64,000 nucleotides of DNA. Origin: a virus. Position numbers and translations under genes: made by a program. Position 1 is the stretch's first letter; every line of letters begins with the position of its first letter. The stretch lies in IMG/VR virus record IMGVR_UViG_3300023210_000013, positions 32,001 to 96,000 of that record, one strand, 5' to 3'. The notes under the pieces were generated by a model, which saw only the letters and a list, made by a program, of their open reading frames with translations, was not told the DNA's origin and ran no database searches. Shown in pieces: positions 11,901-21,635 of the stretch.

Positions 11901-13321
11901 TCTAGTTTATTAGCTATACCTTTAAAACTATTGCTATCATAAAAGTTTTCATAACCAGCATCCTTAATAAACCAGTTGTCTGTTGCACCTGTAGATGCGT
12001 GTCCACCATACGGTTGCCATAATCCTTCAGTAGTTCCTGTTTTTCCTGCTCCTTTTTTTCCAGCTAATCCACTTGATTTGTAAAATAATTGTGATTGACC
12101 ATTTGGCAATGCTACTTCTGCAATCTGTCTACCAAATTTATTTCCATGATTAATTACATTAGGTGAAATTACATCATTAGCATTAAAACCAATTTCATCT
12201 AAATGTTTTCCTTGTGATTTCATAGATGTTAAAGCATCCTGAATACCTTCTGGTGATCTACCATAGTTTGTAACTCCTCTTGACCAACTAGGTTTAACAT
12301 TATCTGCAACTTTAACTGTATTTTCTACAACTTCTTTTGCTATTGTTTTTTTCAAACCTTTTTTTAAACCTGCTTGTGTAACGTTGTTAATTAGATTCTT
12401 AGCTACACCTGCTCCTACGTATGTACTTGGATCAGTTGCTAAGTTGGTAATAAATGCACCTACAGGATTTTCTACCAATGGATTCCCATTTGCATCTTTT
12501 AATCCAGCTACATTTTTTACAGGTGTACCATTTTGATTTGTAAATGTAAATGTTTCATCATCTGATCCTGGTGTTGCAAAGCTTGGCATAGCGTTCATAA
12601 AATTAAACTCACCATCACCACGTCCTGTAAATGATTCAGTAGCCTCTGCTATAAGATTTGCAGGTATTCCCATTACACCTAATAAGTTAGATATATTAGC
12701 TGCTGGTACTTTTGCCATTTCTTTAACAAGACCCCAAACAGATTTTTCTTCTACTTCTGTACCATCTTGAGCTTTAGGTTTCCAAGAACCTTTACCAAAC
12801 TTTATTGCACTTTCTTTATCTGTTCCAAAGTCTATAACCTCACCTCTTCTTTGAGCTTCTTTATATGCTTCTTTCCAAGGTTTAGTAGACATGTCTATCC
12901 AAGTACCATCCGGGTCTTGAAATAGTGTAGGAAAAGAAAACCAATTTTTACCATCTAAAGTTTCAGTTGCCATAAGATGTGTGGACTCAGAGCCATCTCC
13001 ATTGTCCCTAACACCTTGTCTTTTTGGAACTTCATAACCTGTCTGTACCATAGGTACTTCTAACACACTATCTCCTGGAAACTGATAGTTACCACCAGGC
13101 TTCATTATTTGTTCATTACCTAAGTTGTCTCTACCATATACAGGAAAGTCTACACCTTCCATAGTAATATTACCAGATGGTATGATATTATAAGGATTGT
13201 TTACATCAGGTGAATTTCTTTTATAACCTTCTGTTGAAAACAAATTTGATACATGTGTTATGTATTCATTTGGGCCTCCGGGTAAACCTCTGCTTTCTTT
13301 ATGTTCAGTATTTTTTTTCAT
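8993..13321 (-). CDS. Multidomain virion-associated peptidoglycan hydrolase (lysozyme-like, 2x PG-binding, NlpC/P60-CHAP-like, SLT-like)
   Basis: IAFHESS...GPGRGLFQFE (phage tail lysozyme-like). VETLQKDLLSKGY...ADGDYGAKT and VLRIQQDLVDKGF...IDGKFGQQTKEAL (PG_binding_1). GRCAAG...GDIVGL...HTGFV...ITHN (Cys-His papain-like fold). GAETGVG...SLGIGKTK...ILAYNQG (SLT-like). Confidence 0.7.
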   Translation of the reverse strand: MKKNTEHKESRGLPGGPNEYITHVSNLFSTEGYKRNSPDVNNPYNIIPSGNITMEGVDFPVYGRDNLGNEQIMKPGGNYQFPGDSVLEVPMVQTGYEVPKRQGVRDNGDGSESTHLMATETLDGKNWFSFPTLFQDPDGTWIDMSTKPWKEAYKEAQRRGEVIDFGTDKESAIKFGKGSWKPKAQDGTEVEEKSVWGLVKEMAKVPAANISNLLGVMGIPANLIAEATESFTGRGDGEFNFMNAMPSFATPGSDDETFTFTNQNGTPVKNVAGLKDANGNPLVENPVGAFITNLATDPSTYVGAGVAKNLINNVTQAGLKKGLKKTIAKEVVENTVKVADNVKPSWSRGVTNYGRSPEGIQDALTSMKSQGKHLDEIGFNANDVISPNVINHGNKFGRQIAEVALPNGQSQLFYKSSGLAGKKGAGKTGTTEGLWQPYGGHASTGATDNWFIKDAGYENFYDSNSFKGIANKLDEIESGWDMSKQVLKSKLKYGGIPKAQDGNGEDKVDNSKILDYNNISNYIVETRGGTKDTWGQLADTIAFHESSPWSRMDPKAKQYQGGPGRGLFQFEGESFNTALKRYKNVADAKGYTIKDSIVNATSADQLSSEDQYALFFANLIESKAKLSDFTNGNLSPVDLWLQGHKNVEAEGDRASFLESKKAAEKEGIKNGYKSFQYGNGEWRTAVQDNTRVATRRVIPNLGKPEFEPASKLQEFLKQAGADYVNNQMLDTTVVRDNTAITQKQLPFIKDGNLNEPLSPEEYNSVIADLDKESRLEKSKYKRPNLVSDFTKSSNDYARGWKDMTNASPSEVETLQKDLLSKGYDIGATGADGDYGAKTFAAHKSMIDDVNLAPSAISKYYKNYNPDNKEEVLRIQQDLVDKGFMSATLLNKEGSSIDGKFGQQTKEALQAYNTKKTEEDPNALVFDFIPSKLKDGRCAAGMCSILEGNNVMTESLGIKYKNAWDIFENMNDVENSKSVFNIYDDKAFDNATSAEDIKRITKEVKRKKQTKASDYKTGDIVGLYWDGSSHHEETLNSKTHNTHTGFVSDVIDGVPIITHNVNGTVLQQPYDELVTGWIRRPKEDIKVNSTYNVDGIEDIEIDPSTIRNLSLRYQSGDYEGERLTQLENVFKRAKYNSTKIPEILNSSVDPKWLESTIVGITGAETGVGASVPRSKEDAGYVKNMVYDYKGYKPKDVSLGIGKTKLTALDNFAKSYFQINSADDLGKSDDKAIDAITYLITKNYETFKDYSNTYPELNLAEEDIRNMSILAYNQGTNRLLKTGRVADSRNAETEVQALRELYDATLLDINSTNYKHLPIIGDAAFKVGQVLPTGMPGSVRPSDSYIKKVNKYRTDLFPENYAYVETPANDFEPSTMAHGGEPKSKVNELTMYKNYMKGMYDNTNMQKQAQKVYDKLNRVYLRKARLGGTTSPNYIMSNIIRETA

Positions 13322-16300
13322 TATCTAATGGACATATTTAATTTAGTGTTTGCTATTTTAAGAAGCATCTTTCTATCTCCAGATACATTACGTCTTAATA
13401 GTAATTTATTATAATAGTGTCTGAACTTTTTATGTTGCAATGGATCTTTAGCATAATTTAAATTAGCGGCATTAAGATCTTTTATGTAACCATTCATTTG
13501 AGTAATAAACTTACTTCTTTGAATACCTGTAAACTCACCTCTATCATCAGTAATATCCCAGAACTGATTAAATCTATACTTCTGTTCTTCTTTAGAATAT
13601 AGAATTCTAATATCATTAGTTCCTATAATAGGATATTGTAGTGCTGCAAACGGATCTTCTTTTGGTGTTAAGTCTAATTTTAATAATCCAGATACTTGTT
13701 CTGAATTATATATAATACTTTCATCAAAGTTAAAATCTAAATCATGCCATCTATCATCTCCACAAGCAAGTAGTAAATCTCCTTTATATACATAAGATTC
13801 CAATTGGTATTCAACACTTCTAATAGTGTTAACAATTTGACCTGTGTTTTCTATTACTTCTACTTCCCATGGGTAATCTACACCATAGTAATTAGAAAAT
13901 AAATCACACCTAACATTATGCCTCCATAAAGATCCTGATTCAAAACTAGGTTGAGTTGAAAATGATCCAAAATAATTACAAGTTAATGGATTAAAATTAA
14001 TATAACTTGGACTACCTGTTCCTAATACATTAGTTAAATATACATCATCACATACTCCAGTTTCAGTAGTACTAGCTTCTGGAAATGCTGGACCTGGACA
14101 ATTACATTCTACTTTTCTACAAATAGGAGGGTTTGCAACAGTACAATCTCCTTCAGATAAAGTATAATTATTATTAGAATCAGGATACACAACCTCATAA
14201 CCTTCGGGACATTCACATGTAGGAGGTGCACCACATATAGCACCAGCAATTGCAGTTGATATAACAGCTGATGTATTATTAGGTTGAGATCCATCTGCAA
14301 TCATTACAAAATCTTGCGTTGGATCATTACAAGTAATTTGATTTATAATAGCTACTGCATTTGCATTTGGGAAATTTGATGTATTACACCAAACACTAGT
14401 AACATTATACTGAGGTAGATTTTGATATTGACAACCGTTAGGAGTACCAGCTGTCCATGCAGCATCAGTCATAAAAATCATTACTCTTGTAAAACCAGGT
14501 TGTCCTAATCTATTTCCTAACTGAGAAGATGCTGTATTATTTAAAATACTATCTGCATGTGCCATACCTACTGGAATGTCAGTACCTGACGTAGGGTTTG
14601 GAGCATACCATGCATTTACAGCAGCTATATTTAAACCGGTACTTTGCATTGAAAATCCACCAGGATTAAATGATTGTGTGAAATTTGCATTTCCCCATTT
14701 TGTAAATCCTATTTGAAATGTACCATTAGCTAAACCTGCAGTTACTTCAGGACTACCTAAAAACTGAGCTACAAATTGTCTTTGTGCTGCTATGGGTGCA
14801 CCAAGTGTACTTGTAGACCAATCCATTGCTATTACAATATCTAGTGTACAATTTACTGTATTATCTACTACTGTTGCCGGTACTTCTTCTACTACTACTG
14901 TTGCTGGTTCTACTTCACTATAAATTTTTTCACACAAGTTTGTTGCAGGATTAAAAGTATATCCCGGAGGACATGTGGGTGATTCATTAGCAACTGTCTG
15001 TGTAGTTAAAAAATGATTAATACTAGGTAGTGCAAGTTCAGGATGCCAATCATGAAATGAAATCCATGCTTGTGATTTAGCATCATAAGAAACTGTCCAA
15101 GAAGCATCTTCAAAATAAAGCGGGTCACCTACTTTTATTGGTGTACCAGGACTTGCCGGTAATGTCTTATACACAAATCCATCATTAACAAAATGTACTT
15201 CTCCTCCACCTGAACCAGGTATTAAATTTTCTTTTACTTTATAATCTTTTTTCATAAAGTAAACTATATCATCATTGACATCATATATACTTTGACATCC
15301 AATTCCAATAACAGGGTTATCAGATAACTTACTAAATTCAAGTTCTGGATACTGTTTTACAAGAATAGATGGGAGGTATTTATTAAACCACCATTTCATC
15401 CCTTTATTAGAAATATTGTCAAGCTTTCCTGTGTAATGAAATATCTTACCTTGAGCTTGTGACATGTAGTATATTCCTGTAGGTGTATTTACTACAGATC
15501 TCATGCTTTCAGATGAACCATATTCATTGGATAAATCAGAGTTTGCAATATTCTGTAAAGGTTGACTAAATAGTCCACCGTCACCTATTGTAAGTTTTGT
15601 CCCTAAGTCTGTTTGCAGTTGATCTACACCCTGGAACATTACAGGAGATTGATAAGGAAATAATATAATTGCACCACTCTTACTTATAGGCTTTATTACA
15701 TTTACTTCACTTTTAAAATCTTTATAATTGTTTGGTAAAAACACTCTCCAAAAATCTTTCTTTGCTTCTTTTTGTGCTTGTAAAGAATATATAAGTCTTT
15801 TAGGATAATACTGATAGCAATTTTCTGCAACGTAAGGATCATAATCTCTAGGTTGTACATTACCAAAAGATGTAACTTGAGTTATCATTTTACTAATACT
15901 TAATGATAAATCATACTTATAAAAGTTATCTTCTTTTTGAATATCAGCATGAAATAAATCATCTGTATTTGTATAATCATAAACATCATAATGACGTTTT
16001 GCAGGAGTATCATCCCAATCTCTTTGTGAAAGATTATATTCTGATTCTACAAAAAAGTCTTGCACTCCATTAACGTGAGTATACATATAAGCATACCTCA
16101 TAGCAAAAGAAGGATTTGGATCATTAGGTAATCCTAATAAACCTTCTATAGTAGAAGGACAAGAATTACTACCTCTATCTAAATAAAATAAATCATTTGG
16201 TAATGGATCACTAGAAGAACCTAAACCTAAAGTTGCAACTTCTAAACCTAATGATGTAGTATCATATTTTCTTGTGTCCATCCAAAATCTTGGATAAGGA

Positions 16301-19300
16301 ATATTAACACGCTGTAAATAATCATATGTAAATTGATCAGGCTGGCCATTTAAAAAATCTGCAAAAATAGGCATTATATTTTTTTCAGTATATCTATTAA
16401 CATATACATCACCTCCAAATATAGGCTTTGATGTAAATGGTTGATTAGGATATTCTGGTACAATTAGTTCTGTACAGCCTTTCATTTGAATTTGTTTAAT
16501 ACCGTCAATTTGACCATATTGATTTTCAAACTCAAACTTTAATCCTCCATATCTAGCAGATATACTTTTTTTCTGTTCTTGATCAGGACTTTTTATATAA
16601 TTATCACCATAACTATTATCAGCATCTCCACCTATAGTAAATCTAGATTTGTCTATTACAGACGGGTCATTTAATTCATCCGCTGTTGCTATTGCAACCG
16701 TATCTGGTCTAAATAAATTATTTATTTTAAAACCTTGAAATTGCTGAAAAGAACTCCCAATGTAGTTGGCATTTAAATTTTTAGTTCTGAATATATCATT
16801 ACTAGAAGAAGGTGTAAAATTATTATAAAACCCGTGTGAATTATATTTAAAAGCAAAATCTTCTTCTTTTACTAAATTATATATTAAATCAATTATTTCT
16901 TGAGCTCCAATTGCAATGTTTGCTGCACCCAATGGAACACCTAAAAGTGCTCTAAATACTTTTGGTAAATTTGAACTTGATGTATTATATGAATAAGTTG
17001 TATCTTTTCTACCACCTTGTATTCCAGGTATCAACCCTTTGTTTTTATCTAGTAAATGATCTGAGTAGTTTACCCCCCAATCAGTTACACCACCATCCCA
17101 TATACTAGTAACCTGCGTTAAGTCACTAATAAGAGCATCAATTACAATATCAGTTATAGTTGTTGCTACTCCAACTCCTTCAAATACACCTAAAGCAAGA
17201 ACGTATCCGGGGTTTGGATAAGAACTACCTACACCGGCAGGACCTGCAAATCCAAAATAAGGACCTAGAGGTGGTGGAAATGGACCAAATGTTTCACCAG
17301 CATAAACAGTCCCTTTAGTACCTTGCACTTGATTAATAGCATAACCTATTCCAATAATTGCAGCAATAACAGCACCACCGTTTCTTATTAATTTATTTTG
17401 AGGATGATTTTCAGATTTTATAAAATGCCCTACAGACTTACCTGAAACTTCACCATAGATTCTAGTTTCAAAAGCATTTAAAAAAGGCTTTCTAAAATTT
17501 AACTCAGGAGAGTGAAAAGTAAAATAATCTTTTTTATATCCAGTTAAAGGCTTAAAACCAGAATTAGAAAAAACACTTTGACTCCAAGAATCACAACCAT
17601 CTGTTCTATTATTATTAGCACCATCATGGAAATATACATCAGGTCTTAAATCATTATAAGGATAGTTTGGATATAAACCTTTAGAATTACCTAAAGTTTG
17701 ACCACCTGCAGGAATATCATATTCCCTCATGTTTTTAAATATACCTTTAGCTAAAATAGATCTATGCCCTTCACGTGATCCTCTTAATATTTCATAACCA
17801 ACTATATCTGTTAAAATGTTTCCATCATTATCTAAAGGTGGTTTTATGTTTTCAAACTCTACACCAATTATTCTTATTGAGTTTCCATTGGTTGTAGATA
17901 AATGCAAATCAGAACTTAATTCTTCAGTAGGTATTTTATGGTGTCTAATATATTTTCCACATAAATCATTATCTGGTGAAACATTTCCCCAAATAGGATC
18001 AGAAGAACTATTCCAAATATCAGGTCTTGTTGCTGGATATTTTTCAGTAGATTCCCAATAACCCATGTAACCTTTAGCAATAACACTAGTTCCATCTTCT
18101 AATATTTCACTAGAGCCCGGTATAATAGTAGCTGTATTATAAACTTGAAAGTTCTTTTCTTGACTGCTTAATGTATTAGTTCCACCAGCTGTTGCTGTTT
18201 CATTTACTACTTGACCAAATTGAGTTATACCGTTTGTTGATGGAGGTCTACCTGGAATATGATAAGAGCTAGATCTATCACCTGTATTAAATATCCACCT
18301 TATAAAAAATGCATATTGTTCATCTCTCATTAAACCTGTTTTGTTACCTCCATTATAATAATAAGAAGCAGGCATTTCTGCAGAAACCCATTTAGATCTA
18401 ATTTGATTTGCTAATGGTTGATAGTTAAAATCAAATTTTTCTGTAGGTCCTTGTCTTATAAGCCAATCATTTACAATATACATTGCATCTGATTTTTCAT
18501 ATGCCGGATTCATTAAAGGAATAAGCTCTAATGGAACACTAACTAAAGATTGATCTATATAATCTATTTCAATATCTGATTGCTCAGTACTATATAATCC
18601 TAATTTTTTAGCTACGGTATTTTCTTGATTATTAGATAGTATTACTAATTCATAATAATCAAATTCTATATCTAAATTTGTTACATTTATTTTTAATGCA
18701 CCTGAATTTCCTCTGTGATCAAATAAAGATTGCACATTTGATACACCAATATAATCAGTAACTTTTTGTTCATTTACTGTGTAAGCAACAAAAGCTTGAT
18801 ATGATCCATTTCTTAATTGACCACCACTAATAGATTTTTCTATATGTACACAAGGCGTATCTAATAAAGGAGCAAGTCTAATTTTTTCACAATCTAAATC
18901 ATTTGTGTCTTCATATATAACACAATCAGCTCCTTCTTCTGATACCTCATTTTGAATATAAGGTATGTCATTTATATTTAAAGTTCTTGATGGGTTGTTA
19001 CCATCATCCCAATATATTTGCCAAGTACAGTCAAAGTTTTCTTTAGAAGCACCAACAATTAAATGTAATTTATTAAAAGATAAACACGTATCATTAACAA
19101 GTGATGTATATTCACACTTGCTATCATCAAACAATCCTATTTCAGAATTAATATTATCTGTACCAAAAAGAACCCAGCTATCCTGATATAGATGAATAGC
19201 TCCTATTATTGTGTAAGGTATATTAGCACATTCTAAGTTTGCTGGTTCATTACCAATGAGACCAACATCCCCATCTACAGAATTGTTAGCTGCATTACGC

Positions 19301-19446
19301 GCATGAAACCATTGCTCCTTACTTTGAAAAGAAGCACTCATATCTTTGCTCATGCCTTTTGTAAACATCCTGCTATCTACTGAAGATGTATTTTGAAGAC
19401 CTGGAGCCTTTGATTTAGCCTGTGTACTAGCTCTTTTTTTAGCCAT
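13321..19446 (-). CDS. Tail stabilisation/muzzle-like protein with inserted vWA domain (2041 aa)
   Basis: Size and position between ring proteins and cargo genes. FTKGMSKD...ARNA N-terminus, SWTVSYDAKSQAWISFHDW motif, internal DWSTS (DxSxS) motif. Confidence 0.65.
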   Translation of the reverse strand: MAKKRASTQAKSKAPGLQNTSSVDSRMFTKGMSKDMSASFQSKEQWFHARNAANNSVDGDVGLIGNEPANLECANIPYTIIGAIHLYQDSWVLFGTDNINSEIGLFDDSKCEYTSLVNDTCLSFNKLHLIVGASKENFDCTWQIYWDDGNNPSRTLNINDIPYIQNEVSEEGADCVIYEDTNDLDCEKIRLAPLLDTPCVHIEKSISGGQLRNGSYQAFVAYTVNEQKVTDYIGVSNVQSLFDHRGNSGALKINVTNLDIEFDYYELVILSNNQENTVAKKLGLYSTEQSDIEIDYIDQSLVSVPLELIPLMNPAYEKSDAMYIVNDWLIRQGPTEKFDFNYQPLANQIRSKWVSAEMPASYYYNGGNKTGLMRDEQYAFFIRWIFNTGDRSSSYHIPGRPPSTNGITQFGQVVNETATAGGTNTLSSQEKNFQVYNTATIIPGSSEILEDGTSVIAKGYMGYWESTEKYPATRPDIWNSSSDPIWGNVSPDNDLCGKYIRHHKIPTEELSSDLHLSTTNGNSIRIIGVEFENIKPPLDNDGNILTDIVGYEILRGSREGHRSILAKGIFKNMREYDIPAGGQTLGNSKGLYPNYPYNDLRPDVYFHDGANNNRTDGCDSWSQSVFSNSGFKPLTGYKKDYFTFHSPELNFRKPFLNAFETRIYGEVSGKSVGHFIKSENHPQNKLIRNGGAVIAAIIGIGYAINQVQGTKGTVYAGETFGPFPPPLGPYFGFAGPAGVGSSYPNPGYVLALGVFEGVGVATTITDIVIDALISDLTQVTSIWDGGVTDWGVNYSDHLLDKNKGLIPGIQGGRKDTTYSYNTSSSNLPKVFRALLGVPLGAANIAIGAQEIIDLIYNLVKEEDFAFKYNSHGFYNNFTPSSSNDIFRTKNLNANYIGSSFQQFQGFKINNLFRPDTVAIATADELNDPSVIDKSRFTIGGDADNSYGDNYIKSPDQEQKKSISARYGGLKFEFENQYGQIDGIKQIQMKGCTELIVPEYPNQPFTSKPIFGGDVYVNRYTEKNIMPIFADFLNGQPDQFTYDYLQRVNIPYPRFWMDTRKYDTTSLGLEVATLGLGSSSDPLPNDLFYLDRGSNSCPSTIEGLLGLPNDPNPSFAMRYAYMYTHVNGVQDFFVESEYNLSQRDWDDTPAKRHYDVYDYTNTDDLFHADIQKEDNFYKYDLSLSISKMITQVTSFGNVQPRDYDPYVAENCYQYYPKRLIYSLQAQKEAKKDFWRVFLPNNYKDFKSEVNVIKPISKSGAIILFPYQSPVMFQGVDQLQTDLGTKLTIGDGGLFSQPLQNIANSDLSNEYGSSESMRSVVNTPTGIYYMSQAQGKIFHYTGKLDNISNKGMKWWFNKYLPSILVKQYPELEFSKLSDNPVIGIGCQSIYDVNDDIVYFMKKDYKVKENLIPGSGGGEVHFVNDGFVYKTLPASPGTPIKVGDPLYFEDASWTVSYDAKSQAWISFHDWHPELALPSINHFLTTQTVANESPTCPPGYTFNPATNLCEKIYSEVEPATVVVEEVPATVVDNTVNCTLDIVIAMDWSTSTLGAPIAAQRQFVAQFLGSPEVTAGLANGTFQIGFTKWGNANFTQSFNPGGFSMQSTGLNIAAVNAWYAPNPTSGTDIPVGMAHADSILNNTASSQLGNRLGQPGFTRVMIFMTDAAWTAGTPNGCQYQNLPQYNVTSVWCNTSNFPNANAVAIINQITCNDPTQDFVMIADGSQPNNTSAVISTAIAGAICGAPPTCECPEGYEVVYPDSNNNYTLSEGDCTVANPPICRKVECNCPGPAFPEASTTETGVCDDVYLTNVLGTGSPSYINFNPLTCNYFGSFSTQPSFESGSLWRHNVRCDLFSNYYGVDYPWEVEVIENTGQIVNTIRSVEYQLESYVYKGDLLLACGDDRWHDLDFNFDESIIYNSEQVSGLLKLDLTPKEDPFAALQYPIIGTNDIRILYSKEEQKYRFNQFWDITDDRGEFTGIQRSKFITQMNGYIKDLNAANLNYAKDPLQHKKFRHYYNKLLLRRNVSGDRKMLLKIANTKLNMSIR

Positions 19447-19450
19447 GGTG

Positions 19451-20332
19451 TTATCTTATTGTAGGTGTGCTTTTGAACATATTGTAATAGTTATGGTATT
19501 GTGCTTTTCTATTCACTTCCCACATTTTTTTAAGTTCAGCAAAGTCTGGTGTATTTATAAAACTTAATGCATTATTTCTAGCAGCTCTTAATCTACCCTC
19601 TATAAGGCCTAGTTGATTATTTACAGGTTCTCCTGCAAACATCATATTTTCTAGAATTCTTTGTTTTAAAGCGTACTCATAATATTCATTGCAATAAGGA
19701 TGATCTAATACCAATAAGTTACCGTCATTGTCTTCCATTGCTCCTTGGAAGTTTATATATACTTTACCAGTCTTAAAATTAGTTTTAATAAACCCATCTT
19801 TTATTTCAGCTATGTTTTGTGATCTTTGATTTAAAACCGCTGAATCACATGTTGCATCATTGACAGTTGTAATAGTTAAAGGGCTAAATGCAGTGTAAGT
19901 TCTAAACTCTGCACTTGATGTTTGATGTACTAATTTATAACCTGTCCCATCAGGACAATCTTTTATTACACACACGTCATTACAAGAAGCATCTTCACAA
20001 GGACCTGTTCTTCCTGGAGCAGGTACATAATCTACACCTACTGTTTCAACATGTGTACCAGATGGCATTGTATGTTCTATGGTATAATTTCCTGTAACAA
20101 ATGCATAATTTAAATATGCAAAGTCATGAGGTAATCTTGCTTTGTTATGTTCAACATCTAAAATAACTTCTTTAGTTCTATGTATTTTTAACCCTAAGTC
20201 ATAGTTTACTCTTGTTGCTACTTTAATTAATTGAGCTGCATCAATCATTCCTTCCAAAGCATATGTTGAAAAGTCAATTGAAACATCTTCCATCAATGAA
20301 TCAAACGTTCTATATTTATGTGATATTGCCAT
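19451..20332 (-). CDS. Tail ring/tubular protein (293 aa)
   Basis: Synteny (directly upstream of the muzzle gene). IKTNFKTGKVYINF...DNDGNLLV motif is like crAss ring proteins. Confidence 0.55.
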   Translation of the reverse strand: MAISHKYRTFDSLMEDVSIDFSTYALEGMIDAAQLIKVATRVNYDLGLKIHRTKEVILDVEHNKARLPHDFAYLNYAFVTGNYTIEHTMPSGTHVETVGVDYVPAPGRTGPCEDASCNDVCVIKDCPDGTGYKLVHQTSSAEFRTYTAFSPLTITTVNDATCDSAVLNQRSQNIAEIKDGFIKTNFKTGKVYINFQGAMEDNDGNLLVLDHPYCNEYYEYALKQRILENMMFAGEPVNNQLGLIEGRLRAARNNALSFINTPDFAELKKMWEVNRKAQYHNYYNMFKSTPTIR

Positions 20333-21003
20333 TATCTATGTAAATTAATTTTGTTATCAGAATCTTCAGAAGGAATTCTTACAGTACTCATCATTACTTG
20401 CAATACCTGACTTTCTATTTCTGCAAAAAGTGATTCTGGTATATTCATTGCCTGCTCATAACGTGGAGTGCATTCATCTTTGCTATCACAAAGCCAATCA
20501 GATATATCATCATCAAAAACTCCTTCAAGTTTTATAGCATCCCATTCTAAATCAGGTAAATATAAATACCCATCCATATACCAAAAATATTTTTGCTTAT
20601 TGTATCTGAATGAGGTTGTTTTAGTAAGTGAGGTATATGTTCCTGGTTGTGTTGCTTTAAGTTCAGTAGAGCCATCAATAGAACTTACAGTTCTTATTAA
20701 AGCTCCCCAATAACCTTCTAGCATTTTAGGAAGTTTAGTTTTTGTACGTTTTATTGTACATCCGGATTGGATGCCTGTACAATGAGCTTCTACTTTATCT
20801 ACTTCAATTAATTCTATAAAAGGAAGTGTTTTCCAAATTGCACTAAATTTTAATAACTTATTTGCGTGATCTTGTCTTCTAATTAAAAGTTGTGCAAACT
20901 TTAAAATTAAACTATATACGTATCTGTCAGTAACAAAAGCGTCCTGGGACTCTGCTTTTACCTGACCACGTACTCTTGATATAACTTCTCCTATATTTGT
21001 CAT
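20332..21003 (-). CDS. Tail ring protein (223 aa)
   Basis: Synteny; YFWYMDGYLY motif; TAATG overlap with the next gene. Confidence 0.5.
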   Translation of the reverse strand: MTNIGEVISRVRGQVKAESQDAFVTDRYVYSLILKFAQLLIRRQDHANKLLKFSAIWKTLPFIELIEVDKVEAHCTGIQSGCTIKRTKTKLPKMLEGYWGALIRTVSSIDGSTELKATQPGTYTSLTKTTSFRYNKQKYFWYMDGYLYLPDLEWDAIKLEGVFDDDISDWLCDSKDECTPRYEQAMNIPESLFAEIESQVLQVMMSTVRIPSEDSDNKINLHR

Positions 21004-21008
21004 TGTGT

Positions 21009-21575
21009 CTATGTTTCAAATTCATCATAGTCCTTCAGTGTTTTTGTAGTTGAAGTTAAATTTGGATCATACAGTTGTGAAACTTTTATCTTACTTTGCA
21101 TTTTTAAATACTTTGTCCAGTTCAGAGGATATTCTTGTGCTACCGTTCTTTTAAATTCTCTGTTGGCAACAAAAGACCATAACTCTCTGTTTTTGAACTT
21201 ATACTTAGTTGACCAATTTGTGTAAAATATTTTTCCTATGTTTCCGTCTGTATCCCAATTTTTATTTCTTAATACTTTACCATATTCATTAGATCTTGAA
21301 TAATCAATGTTTACTGTTTTTGCCGGTGGGCAAGTCCCAATAAATAAATAACCCAATGAGTCTGGTAACTCTACACCTTCTCTATGTTTTATAACTCCTT
21401 CCCACAATGCTCTATTGTATAGCTTAATTATTTGTTTTAACTTAGCATCATCAATATGGGCATATAAGGGTTTACGCTCTTTAAATTCTTTAAATGTTTC
21501 TTTATTGAGAAGACCTAATGTTTTCTTCCTATACCTAGGAGCATTTAAATCAGGCTTCTTAAAATTATTTATCAT
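21009..21575 (-). CDS. HU/IHF-like DNA-binding protein
   Basis: Basic protein. A helix followed by GVELPDSLGYLFI resembles the HU/IHF strand motif, and crAss-like tail modules carry IHF-like genes. Confidence 0.5.
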   Translation of the reverse strand: MINNFKKPDLNAPRYRKKTLGLLNKETFKEFKERKPLYAHIDDAKLKQIIKLYNRALWEGVIKHREGVELPDSLGYLFIGTCPPAKTVNIDYSRSNEYGKVLRNKNWDTDGNIGKIFYTNWSTKYKFKNRELWSFVANREFKRTVAQEYPLNWTKYLKMQSKIKVSQLYDPNLTSTTKTLKDYDEFET

Positions 21576-21635
21576 ACTTACTACATTATTAATTTACAAA
21601 AAAAAGCTCACTTATGAAAGCTAAAACGTGCTTCT

